A stretch of 63,048 nt of DNA, counting the filler, from Choristocarpus tenellus KU-1152 (Eukaryota > Protista > Phaeophyceae): the NCBI GenBank assembly GCA_964200185.2. It is 10 parts of 10 records of this genome, joined end to end, with 100 filler letters (N's around TTAATTAATTAA, not from the genome) between each part and the next. Parts side by side here need not be neighbours in the genome. Positions count along the whole stretch, not along the records: positions 60,122 to 63,048 come from CAXNAD020023592.1; 9 more parts are not named here. The stretch is one strand, 5' to 3'. Below are positions 63,028 to 63,048 of the stretch, in pieces. Position 1 is the first letter of the stretch, and each line of letters opens with the position of its first letter. The notes beneath the pieces are model-generated. The model saw only the letters and a list, made by a program, of their open reading frames with translations. It made no database searches and was not told the DNA's origin. The position numbers and the translations under genes are program-made.

Positions 63028-63048
63028 GACTCAAAGTATCCGGGGGGG
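63028..63048. mobile_element. MITE left terminus with poly-G at window end
   Basis: GACTCAAAGTATCCGGGGGGG. Confidence 0.75.

Noticed and set aside
1-63048. Endogenous giant-virus (phaeovirus) or bacterial contaminant segment
   Set aside because: No dense intronless ORF clusters or viral/bacterial hallmark genes; the contigs share the same eukaryotic repeat families.

Overview
Eukaryotic nuclear DNA from a fragmented assembly: 10 contigs joined by nine artificial 100-bp spacers (N44-TTAATTAATTAA-N44). A thylakoid-lumen protein gene, long-intron GT-AG genes, a GH16 beta-1,3-glucanase and TTAGGG repeats suggest a photosynthetic stramenopile, probably a brown alga (inference). Spliced genes reconstructed by hand are: a WD40-like fragment (9.0-10.1 kb, +); TPM-domain thylakoid lumenal 15 kDa protein 2 (10.8-17.0 kb, +); a TBC Rab-GAP + ankyrin + Cys/His zinc-finger protein with a GC-AG intron (17.2-24.9 kb, -); an unknown gene (30.0-30.9 kb, -); an XK-related membrane protein end (31.3-31.7 kb, +); a multi-pass membrane protein (33.3-37.7 kb, -); and a GH16 glucanase start (61.2-62.2 kb, +). 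The rest is mostly transposon debris. It includes more than 15 copies or ends of Sola2-like MITEs with 4-bp TSDs, about five decayed Sola-type transposase relics, a plant-type mariner, Helitron/HINE-like pieces, a CACTA-like relic, Ty3/gypsy fragments, an array of abutting foldback elements and several mini/microsatellites. I found no CRISPR array, rRNA or intact tRNA. I also found no clearly new multi-gene system; the best leads are the Sola2-like MITE system, the foldback array and the TBC-ANK-ZnF architecture. All family calls come from motif recognition by eye, not database searches.
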